Part shown: positions 20,559 to 30,205 of the stretch, one piece after another
How positions within the stretch are numbered: position 1 is the first letter of the stretch
How the letters are laid out: each line of letters starts with the position of its first letter
Position numbers and translations under genes: made by a program
NCBI GenBank assembly: GCA_049976425.1
Contig: JBMFIG010000008.1
Span: 1 to 58,255 of the forward strand
From: Thermoproteus sp.
GTDB lineage: Archaea > Thermoproteota > Thermoprotei > Thermoproteales > Thermoproteaceae
Length of the DNA: 58,255 bases
Reading direction: 5' to 3'
The notes under the pieces: model-generated
The model's input: the letters and a program-made list of their open reading frames with translations, nothing else
Told to the model about the DNA's origin: nothing
The model's database searches: none

Positions 20559-22480
20559 AACTCGGCGATTACCTCGCCCGTCTCTGGGAGCTTCTTGTAC
20601 CCCGGCGGCAGATCCTCGACGGATTTCACGGCCTCTATCAACGGCCTCGCCCTAGGCAAGGCGTCGCGCCTCACGAGGAGGTCGTAGATCTCCCAGCCCA
20701 CAGGTATGAAGTCGAGGCCGTAGAGCTCCGCGGCGTATCTTATGGCGAGGCCCACGTCGGCCCTCCCCTGCGCCACCGCGGCGGCCACCGCAGTGTGGGT
20801 CCTCACCTCGTATGTATAGCCCCTTATGGATCTCGCCAGCTCCTCCAGCGAGAGGCCTCTGGATCTGGCTATCCTCTCCAGGTTGAGGTCGAGGAGGGTC
20901 CTCGTACCTGTGCCTCTCGATCTGTTCACCATAACCACGTCGCTCCGCAGGAGGTCCTCGAAGCCTCTTATCCCCTTGGGGTTGCCCCTCGCCACGACGA
21001 GGCCCTGCTCCCTGGCGAAGCCTCTGACCAACACGGCGTCCTTGACTCCGAGCTTTCTGACGACGGGCGCGTTGTACTCGCCGGTCTCCGGATCCAACAT
21101 GTGGGTGCCGGCGAGGTCGGCCTCGCCTCTCTTGACCGCCAGTATGCCGCCCATAGACCCCACGTAGACGGCCTTCACGTCGAATCGGGCCAGTATTCTG
21201 TCCAGCAGTATGTCGTTGCTGCCTATGAAGTAGAGGGACGCGGGCCGGTAGCGCTCGAACAGCCTCACCTCCACCACCTCCCCCTCGTCGAGGAACTCGA
21301 CGTCTTCAGGTATCACGACGTAGCCGTCCGCCCTCGCGAGCACCGATATGGCGCCGGACTCCGCGTTGAGGGGATAGGCCGCCATCTCGCCTCCTCTGTC
21401 TATCAAGACCACCGGGTATAGGGAGCGGCGGCCCTTGGCGCCCTCCGTCTTGACGGAGAGCCTCGCCTTATAGACGGCGGGGGGCTCCGGCCTCATGCAC
21501 TGCATGGCCAACAACGCCGGCCTAACCACGGCGTGGAATATCATAAGGGCGCTGGAGGGATAGCCGGGGAGGCCCACCACGAGCTTGCCCCCAGCCTCCG
21601 CGGCGACGGTCGGCTTGCCGGGCCTCACCTTTATGCCGTGGAACAAGATCCTCCCGAACTCGCCCAAGACCCGGTAGGTCAGGTCGGCCATCCCGGCCGA
21701 GGTGCCGCCCGATATGAGGACGACGTCGGCCTTGGCCAAGGCCTCCTCAAGGGCCTTCCTATAGGCCGAGGGATCGTCGGGAACCCTCCCCACTATTATG
21801 GGCACTCCTCCTGCCTCGGCCACGGCTGCGGCTATGGAGAACGTGTTGACGTCATAGAGCTTGCCCGGCCTCAGAGGGGCGCCGGGCTCCTCCAGCTCGT
21901 CCCCCGTCGATATTATGGCGACCTTAGGCCTCCTGAAGACCTTGACCTTCCTGAAGCCGGCGGCGGCCAACACGCCTATCTCCCTCTGGGTCAGCTTCGT
22001 GCACTTCCTCAACAGGAGCTCGCCCGCCGAGAAGTCCGAGCCTGTCGGCATGATGTTCTCGCCGGGATAGGCCGATCTGTAGACGGTGACGGTCCCGCCT
22101 CTCTCCGAGGTGTACTCGACCATCACGACGGAGTCGGCCCCGCGCGGGACCGGGGCGCCCGTAGCCACCTCGGCCGCCTCGCCGCGGGAGAGCTCGAAGT
22201 CGGGGAAGCCGCCTGCCTCGACCCTCCCCCTCAGCTTAAGGGAAACCGGCGAGAGCTCGCTGGCGCCGACTAGATCAATCGACAGAACGGCGTATCCGTC
22301 CACGGTGCTCCTGTCGAAGGGCGGCACGTCGACGGGCGAGTAGACGTCCTCAGCGAGAGATCTGCCGTAGGCCTCCTCCAGAGGCACCTCCTCGATCCCG
22401 AGCGGCTTGGCCAGCCTCATCAACGCCTCGACCGCCTCGTCCAACGTGATCAAGTCGTGGAATATAACCCGCTTCTCCAC
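20555..22480 (-). CDS. moeA: MoeA fused to a periplasmic molybdate-binding (PBP) domain
   Basis: PPFDRSTVDGYA, STGDEL, SGGTSAG, PGKP and GLPGYP motifs; C-terminal GSMGG...GTH...REQGL...GTGTR. Confidence 0.95.
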   Translation of the reverse strand: MEKRVIFHDLITLDEAVEALMRLAKPLGIEEVPLEEAYGRSLAEDVYSPVDVPPFDRSTVDGYAVLSIDLVGASELSPVSLKLRGRVEAGGFPDFELSRGEAAEVATGAPVPRGADSVVMVEYTSERGGTVTVYRSAYPGENIMPTGSDFSAGELLLRKCTKLTQREIGVLAAAGFRKVKVFRRPKVAIISTGDELEEPGAPLRPGKLYDVNTFSIAAAVAEAGGVPIIVGRVPDDPSAYRKALEEALAKADVVLISGGTSAGMADLTYRVLGEFGRILFHGIKVRPGKPTVAAEAGGKLVVGLPGYPSSALMIFHAVVRPALLAMQCMRPEPPAVYKARLSVKTEGAKGRRSLYPVVLIDRGGEMAAYPLNAESGAISVLARADGYVVIPEDVEFLDEGEVVEVRLFERYRPASLYFIGSNDILLDRILARFDVKAVYVGSMGGILAVKRGEADLAGTHMLDPETGEYNAPVVRKLGVKDAVLVRGFAREQGLVVARGNPKGIRGFEDLLRSDVVMVNRSRGTGTRTLLDLNLERIARSRGLSLEELARSIRGYTYEVRTHTAVAAAVAQGRADVGLAIRYAAELYGLDFIPVGWEIYDLLVRRDALPRARPLIEAVKSVEDLPPGYKKLPETGEVIAEF

Positions 22481-22537
22481 GCTAGATCCGAAGCGGATAT
22501 TTAAAGAGGCAGGTTAAAAGATTTAAGAGGGGCCTAC

Positions 22538-22660
22538 GTGCGGCCTGCGCATCTCGGCGCAAGGCTCAAGAGGTGTTTCGGGAACATGGTTGCCCTAAAC
22601 GGCGTTGGCTTCGAGATACCTTGCGACGGAATGGCCTTCCTTGCCCGAACGGAGCTGGGA
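22538..22660 (+). pseudogene. Degraded 5' fragment of an ABC-transporter ATPase
   Basis: LKRCFGNMVALNGVGFEI, then a frameshift into ...PNGAG (Walker A remnant). Confidence 0.55.
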
Positions 22661-23007
22661 TTCCGCTACAGTCAGCCGGGCTCTTTATGTGGAACCACGA
22701 CGCCGTTGTCTAGACCGCTGTAGAGATCGAGCCGGCTAGCGCCCCCTCTTAAGTTGTCGGGACGGCGCCGCGCGCGTGGGCCCGGCCAGCGAAGGGCTCT
22801 GCGGCCTCGCGCGCCTTCTCCACGTCGGGCCTCTCCGCCGCGCATCTCGCGATACGCCCGCGCTCTATGATGCAGATCCAGTTTAGACATGGCGTCGGCT
22901 CGCCAACGAGGAAGGCGTAGCCTCTGCCGAATTTACAGCTACTGTAAAAAGGAGAGTCGCGGCGGGAGGGAAGCAACCTTTAAAAATAGCGGTACGCGTA
23001 CTGTAAA

Positions 23008-23484
23008 ATGGAATATCTCGCCCTCCCTGTTTCTGTGGCGGAGAGGTTGCGTAGAAAAGCCGTGGAGGAGGGCATTTCGCTTGAAGATTACGTGCTAGAT
23101 CGCCTCTTATCGGACGTCGACCCGCCGGGGAGGGCTATCGCCTATGCAGACGCGGCTCTTGAGTTGTTGAAAACTGCCGAGGAGGAGTTGGGCAAGGGGG
23201 ATTTACGCCAGGCCAGCGAGAAGATTTGGGGAGCTGCAGCGCTTGCGGTGAAGGCCTACGCCTACTGGCGGGAGGGGGTTAGGCTCTCCTCGCACGGAGA
23301 GCTTTGGCGCTACAAGGACAAAATCGCCGCTGAGCTGGGCGATTGGGTACACGATGCCTGGGCCCAGGCAAACGCTATGCACATAAACTTCTACGAGGGC
23401 TGGGCGACGCCGGAATCAGTGAGACAAGCTATGAACAGAGTGAAGAAACTAGTGGAGGAAATCGTAAGGAGAGTACGGCCGTAA
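23008..23484 (+). CDS. PaREP1 family protein
   Basis: KGDLRQASEKIWGAA, SHGELW and MHINFYEG motifs. Confidence 0.92.
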   Translation: MEYLALPVSVAERLRRKAVEEGISLEDYVLDRLLSDVDPPGRAIAYADAALELLKTAEEELGKGDLRQASEKIWGAAALAVKAYAYWREGVRLSSHGELWRYKDKIAAELGDWVHDAWAQANAMHINFYEGWATPESVRQAMNRVKKLVEEIVRRVRP

Positions 23485-23704
23485 CTTGAGGGGCCAGCTC
23501 TAACGGGCGGGCTCCAAGCCGTTGCGTCCGCTTTCGGCGGCCGTTTCGCGAGATCCGACTCAGTTATGTGGAGGCCTAGCTCCGCTACTGCTTCTTCGCC
23601 GGTAAAGCTGTCCACAGATACCGCCACGGCGATACTGTAAGCAACGGCTCGATACGCCGAGAGGCGCGGACGGCAGTAGGTAGCCGAGACGGCGGCTTTA
23701 TACC

Positions 23705-23721
23705 TATAAAGTAACTTTATA
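23705..23721. promoter_or_regulatory. Palindrome TATAAAGT-A-ACTTTATA upstream of an archaeal ATPase
   Basis: Perfect 8-bp arms; CTTTATACCTA also occurs as a direct repeat at 23696 and 23715; related to 52481-52507. Confidence 0.65.
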
Positions 23722-23737
23722 CCTACCAAGTTTCTAC

Positions 23738-24820
23738 GTGTATTTCGACCCCAGGCCCAAGAGGTCTCGGGAAGATCTCTACGACAGAGAGGCGGAGATC
23801 GAGGCGTTGAAGGCCATGAGGGCGCCCATGTCGTTGGTGTTGGGCCTCAGAAGAGCCGGGAAGTCCTCCGTGATCCTCGTCGCCTTGTCGGAGCTGGGGC
23901 ACCCTTCGGTGTACGTGGACGCGAGGGAGTTCGAGGGGGAGCTGTACATAGCCTACAAGGACCTGGCGCGGGCGCTCGGCGACGCCCTCTCTGCGCCGCT
24001 TAGGAGGTTCCCGAAACTCGCCGAGGCGTTGAGGACCGTGAGGGGGATATCTGTCGCGGGTCTGCGGGTCGAGCTGGAGTGGGGCAGAGAAAGGGCGGGC
24101 CTAGCCGACGTCTTGAAGGCGTTGGATAGATGGGCGGAGCGGGAGGGGGAGAAGGTAGTCGTGGCTCTAGACGAGGCCCAGGAGCTGGGCAAGTTGAGGG
24201 GCTACGACGTGCTCCCGGCGCTGGCGTACGCCTACGACAACCTCGACAACGTCTACTTCATACTCAGCGGGTCGGCCGCCGGCCTTATGGACAGATTCCT
24301 CAAGCTCCAAGACCCGCGGTCGCCTCTCTACGGGCGCTACCTCGAGCGCGTGGAGCTGAAGCCCTTCAGCAAGGAGAAGGCCGCGGACTTCCTGGCGCGG
24401 GGCTGTGAGCAGTACGGCGTGGATCCGCCCGACGTCGACGCGGTCTACGGAACCCTCGGCGGATCTCCGGGCTGGCTCACCTACTTCGGCCACCTATACG
24501 TCCAGCTGAAGGACGTCGAGGAGGCGCTTAGGCGGACGGTCTCGTACGCGGTCGGCCTAATAAGGCAGGAGTTCGAGAACTTCCTGCGGGGGAGGGAAGC
24601 CGCCGAGAGGAGATACCGCGCCGTCATGGAGATAGCGGCAGGTTGCGCCGCCTGGAGCGAGGTCAAGAGGGGGCTGGAGGCCAGAGAGGGCCGCACCATA
24701 AACGACGCGGAGGTGACCAAGCTGTTGAGGAACCTCGTGGACTACTCCTTCCTCGAGAGGCGGGGCGACCTCTACTGCCCTGCGGATCCCCTGATAGCGA
24801 GGGCCTTTCGATCGAGGTAA
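23738..24820 (+). CDS. Archaeal AAA+/COG1672-type ATPase with C-terminal wHTH
   Basis: YFDPRPK...LYDRE, Walker A GLRRAGKS, Walker B ALDEAQ, SGS, SPLYGR and GGSPGWL motifs. Confidence 0.93.
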   Translation: MYFDPRPKRSREDLYDREAEIEALKAMRAPMSLVLGLRRAGKSSVILVALSELGHPSVYVDAREFEGELYIAYKDLARALGDALSAPLRRFPKLAEALRTVRGISVAGLRVELEWGRERAGLADVLKALDRWAEREGEKVVVALDEAQELGKLRGYDVLPALAYAYDNLDNVYFILSGSAAGLMDRFLKLQDPRSPLYGRYLERVELKPFSKEKAADFLARGCEQYGVDPPDVDAVYGTLGGSPGWLTYFGHLYVQLKDVEEALRRTVSYAVGLIRQEFENFLRGREAAERRYRAVMEIAAGCAAWSEVKRGLEAREGRTINDAEVTKLLRNLVDYSFLERRGDLYCPADPLIARAFRSR

Positions 24821-24933
24821 ACAGCAGATGTGCGGGTTGCGGCTGGAAGCCCGAGACTCCTCGCATTCGATTCCCGAACGTGCCGCGGCCGTTGTAGCAG
24901 GAAATAGAATAATTTTTTCCGGTTTTTATCCAC

Positions 24934-25584
24934 ATGGCGCAGCTCGACAAGGAGGCGAACAAGCCCTTCGTGTTCAAATCCGCCTACTACCTATCGCTTT
25001 ACACCAAGATAAGGGCGAGGAACTTGAGAGAGCTCGTCGACGGCATCAAGAAGGCGGATGCCGGCGCTTTGTTCCACCACGTGTTCCACACAGTCTTCGC
25101 AAAGCATAGGCTACATCCCTACTACACCAACGACTTCGCGGCGTGGGTCGGCGAGGAGCTGAACGACGAGGATCTGGCCATAGAGCTGTCGAGCATATCC
25201 GGCGCCGAGCCCGCGACGGTCGAGGACATAAGGAAGGAGCTCCTCGCGGTCCTCGAGCCTAGAGCCGACGAGAGGCCGGCCAGGAGGGAGTTCGTCTTCG
25301 TCAGCATGGTCCCCATAGTCTACGAGACGGGCCTCAAGGCGAGGACCCTCGCCGAGTTCCTAGACGCGGTGGGGGCGGCGCCCGCCGAGTCCGTGGCCTA
25401 CCACTTCGTCACCAGGAGGGTGCTGGACGGGACAGGCCGCAACGACTTCTCCACGTGGCTAGAGGCCGAGTTCGGCCTCTCCGAGGCCGCGGCGGCCCTA
25501 TCGAGGATAGACCCGTTGATATTCAACAACGAGGAGGAGCTGAAGTCCGAGGTGATAAGAGTCCTCGAGCGGGAGTTGCTATGA
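24934..25584 (+). CDS. orfY: OrfY / DUF5752 protein associated with TreT
   Basis: Internally duplicated ...HH/YH...NDFxxW unit; ATGA-coupled to treT. Confidence 0.85.
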   Translation: MAQLDKEANKPFVFKSAYYLSLYTKIRARNLRELVDGIKKADAGALFHHVFHTVFAKHRLHPYYTNDFAAWVGEELNDEDLAIELSSISGAEPATVEDIRKELLAVLEPRADERPARREFVFVSMVPIVYETGLKARTLAEFLDAVGAAPAESVAYHFVTRRVLDGTGRNDFSTWLEAEFGLSEAAAALSRIDPLIFNNEEELKSEVIRVLERELL

Positions 25585-26786
25585 TCGAGCGCTACGTCGA
25601 GTTCGTGGGGGAGCACGAGATAGACGCCATATTCAAATACGCCGAGAAGTTGAAGGACCTCTCCATACTGCACGTGAACTCGACGGCCGCCGGCGGCGGC
25701 GTCGCCGAGATACTTCACAGGCTGGTGCCTCTGATGAGGGAGCTGGGGCTAAACGCCGAGTGGAAGGTTATACGGGGGAGCCAGGACTTCTTCACAGTCA
25801 CCAAGTCCTTCCACAACGCCCTCCAGACGGGGAAGGGCGAGATACCCGACGAGTACTTCAAGATATACGACGAGTGGCAGGACATAAACGCCGGCGAGAT
25901 ACCGCTGGACTACGACGTCGTCTTCATACACGACCCCCAGCCCGCCGGCTTGATCAAGTACAGGAAGAAGGGGACGTGGATATGGCGTTGCCATATAGAC
26001 ATAAGCAACCCGCACCCCAAGGTCTGGGGCTTCCTGCGGGGCTACGTATCCAAGTACGACGGCATGATAGTGTCCATACCCGAGTTCGCCAGGGACGATC
26101 TGGACATCCCCCAGATAGCGATCCCGCCGTCCATAGACCCGCTGAGCCCCAAGAACATGCCTCTGCCCCAGACGACCGTGGACAGAATAGTCGACAAGTT
26201 CGGCGTGGATAGGGAAAGGCCCATAATTCTGCAGGTCTCCAGATACGACAGGGCCAAGGACCCCGTGGGCGTCATAGAGTCCTTCAGGCTTGCGAAGCGC
26301 CACGTGCCCGACGCCCAGCTGGTCTACCTCGGGAGCCCCGCCACCGACGACCCAGAGGGCGAGGTGGTCTACCGCGAGACCGTCGAGGCGGCTCGCGGCG
26401 AGAAGGACGTGCACCTCCTCATGTTGCCCCCCAACAGCCACGTGGAGGTTAACGCGTTCCAGAGGGCGGCCACCGTGGTGATGCAGAAGTCCATAAAGGA
26501 GGGCTTCGGCCTCACGGTCAGCGAGGCTCTCTGGAAGCGCAAGCCCGTCATAGGCGGCAACACGGGCGGCATAAGGATACAGGTGATAAACGGCGTCACG
26601 GGCTTCCTGGTGGACAGCCCCAAGGCCGCCGCCTACTACCTCGTCTACCTCCTCAAGAACAGAAAGGTGAGGGAGGAGATGGGGGAGGCCGGCCGCGACC
26701 ACGTCAGGAGGAACTTCTTGATAACGCAACAGCTGAGGCGCTACCTAATGGCCATACTCTACCTCACCAAACGCCACGCTTCCTGA
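25581..26786 (+). CDS. treT: Trehalose glycosyltransferring synthase (GT4), 401 aa
   Basis: NSTAAGGGVAE, IHDPQP, WRCHID, SRYDRAKDP and EGFGLTVSEA motifs. Confidence 0.95.
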   Translation: MIERYVEFVGEHEIDAIFKYAEKLKDLSILHVNSTAAGGGVAEILHRLVPLMRELGLNAEWKVIRGSQDFFTVTKSFHNALQTGKGEIPDEYFKIYDEWQDINAGEIPLDYDVVFIHDPQPAGLIKYRKKGTWIWRCHIDISNPHPKVWGFLRGYVSKYDGMIVSIPEFARDDLDIPQIAIPPSIDPLSPKNMPLPQTTVDRIVDKFGVDRERPIILQVSRYDRAKDPVGVIESFRLAKRHVPDAQLVYLGSPATDDPEGEVVYRETVEAARGEKDVHLLMLPPNSHVEVNAFQRAATVVMQKSIKEGFGLTVSEALWKRKPVIGGNTGGIRIQVINGVTGFLVDSPKAAAYYLVYLLKNRKVREEMGEAGRDHVRRNFLITQQLRRYLMAILYLTKRHAS

Positions 26787-26821
26787 CCGCGTCAAGTATA
26801 TTTTTCCCGGGCCGCCACATC

Positions 26822-27232
26822 TTGGTGGACGTCAAGGAGTACGAGCGCTGGATGGCGAGGCGCACCCTCGACTCGGCCGAGGCCGACGCGGCGCGCGGCG
26901 ATTACAACTGGGCCTGTTTCAAGGCCCATCAGGCCGCCGAATTCGCGCTGAAGGCGTTGCTCTACGGGGTGGGGCGGCCCGCCAGAGGGCATTCGTTGAC
27001 CCACCTAGCCGCGGAGGTCGGGCGGTTTGCCGCCGTCGGCGAGGATATCCTGGAGCTCTGCAGGCTTCTGGACAAGTTCCACATCCCGACTCGATACGTA
27101 GATGCTTGGAGCGAGGGGGCGCCGTACGAGTACTTCTCGCGGTCCGACGCCGAAGCCGCCATAAAGGCCGCCCGTTCTGTAATCGGATTCGTCGAGGAGG
27201 TATGGAGATCTATAGGTGGAGGGAGGATCTGA
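26822..27232 (+). CDS. HEPN domain protein (COG2250-like)
   Basis: YNWACFKAHQAAEFALKA, GHSL and PTRY motifs. Confidence 0.92.
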   Translation: MVDVKEYERWMARRTLDSAEADAARGDYNWACFKAHQAAEFALKALLYGVGRPARGHSLTHLAAEVGRFAAVGEDILELCRLLDKFHIPTRYVDAWSEGAPYEYFSRSDAEAAIKAARSVIGFVEEVWRSIGGGRI

Positions 27233-27570
27233 GGAGGAGGGCTCTGGAGCTGGCTGAGGCCGTGGCGTCGGCCGTCGACGGCACAGTGTTCCTCATCGGG
27301 TCCTACGCGAGGGGCGACTTCGCCGAGGACAGCGACGTGGACGTCCTAGTCGTGGGGCGGTTCTCGGAGCCTCCGCATAGACGGCTCCTCGGCCTAAAGA
27401 CCCCGCCCGGGGTCGAGGTGGTGCCTCTGACGGTCGAGGAGGCGTTGAGGGCCGCCGAGAGGTGCTACCCCATAGCCCACGACATCGCCCTCGGGATAGT
27501 CCTCAAGGACGGGCTGGGGATAGCGCAGAGGCTGGTCGAGCTGAGCAGGAGATGCGCCGAAGGGCGCTAG
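27202..27570 (+). CDS. Minimal nucleotidyltransferase (MNT), partner of the HEPN protein
   Basis: LIGSYARGDFAEDSDVDVLVV; ATG 27202 overlaps the HEPN gene. Confidence 0.92.
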   Translation: MEIYRWREDLRRRALELAEAVASAVDGTVFLIGSYARGDFAEDSDVDVLVVGRFSEPPHRRLLGLKTPPGVEVVPLTVEEALRAAERCYPIAHDIALGIVLKDGLGIAQRLVELSRRCAEGR

Positions 27571-27644
27571 ACCGCGGAGAGGCCCTCCCCCTCGTCGGTT
27601 TTTGCCTAGCCGCGGGGTAGCGTAGAGGCCCCGCCCTTGACCGC

Positions 27645-27760
27645 CGGCTCCCTCCCTGCGAAAGTCCCTCTGAGCCAAATCGGGGGCGAAGTTGAGCACG
27701 ACCACGTCAATCGGCGACCCACGGCCTTCGAGAGGCGGGCGGATAAGCCATTCCCTATAG
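27645..27760 (-). pseudogene. Possible remnant of a second MNT gene
   Basis: Frameshifted LSARLSKAVGRR / IDVVVLNFAP / ...REG resembles the MNT C-terminal half. Confidence 0.35.
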
Positions 27761-27856
27761 AGCCTCCCGTATTATTGAGAACAATAGATCTCTGCATCTC
27801 CCGAATAAGCCTCGGCGCCCTCCCGCCATCCATGGCCGCTATAAAAGGCGATATAG

Positions 27857-29410
27857 CTAGGTACTTGGCCTTCCGGCGGCCGCGCCTCCCGTAGCGGCTT
27901 CAGCGTGCCGAGGGGCGTTGGCCTCGACGATCGGCGCCCTGGGCGGCTTGATCGAGGCCGGCCCGCGCGGGTTGGGGACGCCGGTGAACACCTCGCGGGC
28001 TAGCGCTATGGGTATAAGCGACAGGAGGAACATGGCGGTGGCTATGTCGAAGTTCATGGAGTAGGCGGTCCGCGAGGGGACGGTGAAGAAGGCGGTGAAC
28101 CCGCCTAAGGAGTAGTAGGCCGTCGTGGCGAACGTGGTCAGGACCGTGCCGGCCACGGCGGGGGCTATGGCTGAGCCGAAGTTCCTGAAGACCGTGTTGA
28201 GGCCCGTCGCGGCGCCCAGCCTGTTCCTGGGCACCGAGAACGTCAAGAGGTTTATCAGAGATACGTTGAGGAGGGCGAGGCCGAGGAAGCCGAGGGACAT
28301 ATAGCCTATCAAGCGCCAGACGCCCGAGTAGGCGTAGGCGGAGGCCAGCTGGAACCCGGCGACTGCCAGCGCCACGCCCGCCACGGACATCCTCTTGGCG
28401 CCGACCCTCCAGAGGAGCCTCCCGGCGATCGGGGCGCCTATTATCTGGACCACCGCCATGGGGGTTATGTAGAGGCCCGTCTGGAGTATCGTCATGCCGT
28501 AGCCGTAGGGCGGCGGCATCTCGAAGAGGTAGGAGAGGTTCTGGCTGCTCATCTGGAAGGCGTACGCCACCATGAGTATGGCCACGGTGGCCGCCACGAC
28601 GTTTCTGTTGAGTATGTCGCGGGGTATGAAGGGCTCCTCGGCGGTCATCTCCTGCACTGCGAAGGCCGCGCCCGAGGCCGCCGCGAGGGCGAAGAGGGAG
28701 AGGGTCTGGCCAGAGGCCCAGCCCCAGTTGGGCGCCTCCGACACCGCCACGAGGAACGAGGAGGCGGCGAGGGCGAAGAGCCCTATCCCGAGGTAGTCTA
28801 TGCGCCTCGGCGTCCTGTACCTGCTCTCCCTTATGTAGGTCCCTATGAGGACGGTCATCAAGACGGCGAGCGGCGTCACGGTGTGGTACGTCGCGCGCCA
28901 GCCGAAGGTCTGGCTTATGTAGGCGCCCAGCGGGAGGGCCACTATTATGCCGGCGCCGAACATGGCGCTGACTATGCCCTGCGCCGTGGGCACCATCTCC
29001 GGCGGGAACTCCTCCCTTATGAGGGAGAAGGCCAGGGGGAACATGGCCATACCCAGGCCTTGGAGAGCCCTTGCGAGGAGGAGGAGCGGGAAGGTGGGGG
29101 CGTAGCCCGTGAAGGTCACCGCCACTGAGTATATGGAGAGGACCAGGACCAACATGCGCTTCTTGCCGAATATATCGCCGAGGCTCCCGAAAAGCGCGGC
29201 GCTGATCGTGCCGACTATGAGGTATATGGTGAGGATCCAAGAAGCATCGGCGGGAGTCACGTTGAACTCCTCCTGTATCTTGGGGAGAGAGGGCATCAAC
29301 ATGGCTTCGGTGTACATCACCACGAGCGCCACTGAGCCGAGGATAGGCGCGGCCCTCCACGCGTACCTCACGTCGTACCTCTCGCCGGAGCCCGATATAT
29401 CGAAAGCCAC
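27857..29410 (-). CDS. MFS transporter (DHA2-like, about 14 TM)
   Basis: GSLGDIFGKK (motif A), RALQGLG and GWR motifs; GTG start after the TATA at about 29431-29437. Confidence 0.93.
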   Translation of the reverse strand: MAFDISGSGERYDVRYAWRAAPILGSVALVVMYTEAMLMPSLPKIQEEFNVTPADASWILTIYLIVGTISAALFGSLGDIFGKKRMLVLVLSIYSVAVTFTGYAPTFPLLLLARALQGLGMAMFPLAFSLIREEFPPEMVPTAQGIVSAMFGAGIIVALPLGAYISQTFGWRATYHTVTPLAVLMTVLIGTYIRESRYRTPRRIDYLGIGLFALAASSFLVAVSEAPNWGWASGQTLSLFALAAASGAAFAVQEMTAEEPFIPRDILNRNVVAATVAILMVAYAFQMSSQNLSYLFEMPPPYGYGMTILQTGLYITPMAVVQIIGAPIAGRLLWRVGAKRMSVAGVALAVAGFQLASAYAYSGVWRLIGYMSLGFLGLALLNVSLINLLTFSVPRNRLGAATGLNTVFRNFGSAIAPAVAGTVLTTFATTAYYSLGGFTAFFTVPSRTAYSMNFDIATAMFLLSLIPIALAREVFTGVPNPRGPASIKPPRAPIVEANAPRHAEAATGGAAAGRPST

Positions 29411-29520
29411 GCCCCTCGGCGGAAGGATGTTTATATACTTTTCCCTCCCCCGCGCAACCCGCCGGGGAAGGCCGCAGCCTACTGGCGGAGATCGGAACGC
29501 ATAAATAGGGCTGGCTGAGC

Positions 29521-30057
29521 ATGGGCATGGAGCCCGAGATAGCGAAGTTGCTGGCCGGCGTAGGCGCGATCCTCGCCGCGATCAGCCCCGTGAACCGCAT
29601 CGTGGGCATAGTCGGCGTCGTGTTGTTCCTCGTCGGCGCCATCTCGCTTGCCGACTTCTACGGCGACCAGAACATGAGGAACGACGCGGTCTATTGGTTC
29701 ATCTTCATATTCATCGGCCTCGTCGCGCTCATAATAGGCGCGGCGGCCGGCGCCTTCTCGCTACCGGCCCTATTCACAGGCCATCTGCTGGCCGGCGGCT
29801 TCGGCCTAGCTGCCTTCATAGCGACGCTGGTCATCGCGTGGATACTCCTCGTCATGTCGGCCCGGAGGTTCAAGAACATGATGTCCTCCATGGCCGGGAG
29901 ATCCGGCGAGAATCTGTTCCAGACGGCGGGATCCCTCTACTATTGGGGCGCGGTGCTGACTATTATACTCGTCGGCTTTATACTGATCGCCATAGCCTTC
30001 ATCCTAGCCGGGATCGCCTTCCTCGTCATGAAGACGCCGACGAAGACACAGACATAG
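29521..30057 (+). CDS. DUF996-like membrane protein
   Basis: AKLLAGVGAIL...LFQTAGSLYYWGAVLTIILVGFIL...AF pattern. Confidence 0.8.
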   Translation: MGMEPEIAKLLAGVGAILAAISPVNRIVGIVGVVLFLVGAISLADFYGDQNMRNDAVYWFIFIFIGLVALIIGAAAGAFSLPALFTGHLLAGGFGLAAFIATLVIAWILLVMSARRFKNMMSSMAGRSGENLFQTAGSLYYWGAVLTIILVGFILIAIAFILAGIAFLVMKTPTKTQT

Positions 30058-30107
30058 AATCTATTCTCCATTTTTTATCTGATGAAAATAAAAATAATAA
30101 ACTTAAA

Positions 30108-30129
30108 TATTTTTATCTAGATAAAAATA
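30108..30129. promoter_or_regulatory. Perfect 22-bp palindrome
   Basis: TATTTTTATCT|AGATAAAAATA; imperfect copy at 30071-30090. Confidence 0.6.
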
Positions 30130-30205
30130 CTTTAGATTTATTAATATATTAATCTATATATAGAAAGAAATGTAACGAATATAAGATAGACAAAATAATA
30201 CTTAC

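Noticed and set aside
22749-22976. Minus-strand FLVGEPT...IIERGRI fragment resembling an ABC ATPase C-terminus
   Set aside because: Similarity is too weak by eye and it is on the opposite strand to the 5' remnant; it needs tBLASTn.
24830-24900. tRNA-like pieces (TTCGATTCCC; GCGGCCGTTGTAGC)
   Set aside because: No cloverleaf, T-stem or acceptor stem could be built. No tRNA or rRNA gene was found anywhere in the window.
27900-29642. 580-aa ORF and many similar long Arg/Gly/Pro-rich alternative-frame ORFs throughout the window
   Set aside because: Artefacts of high GC at third codon positions, overlapping well-supported genes.
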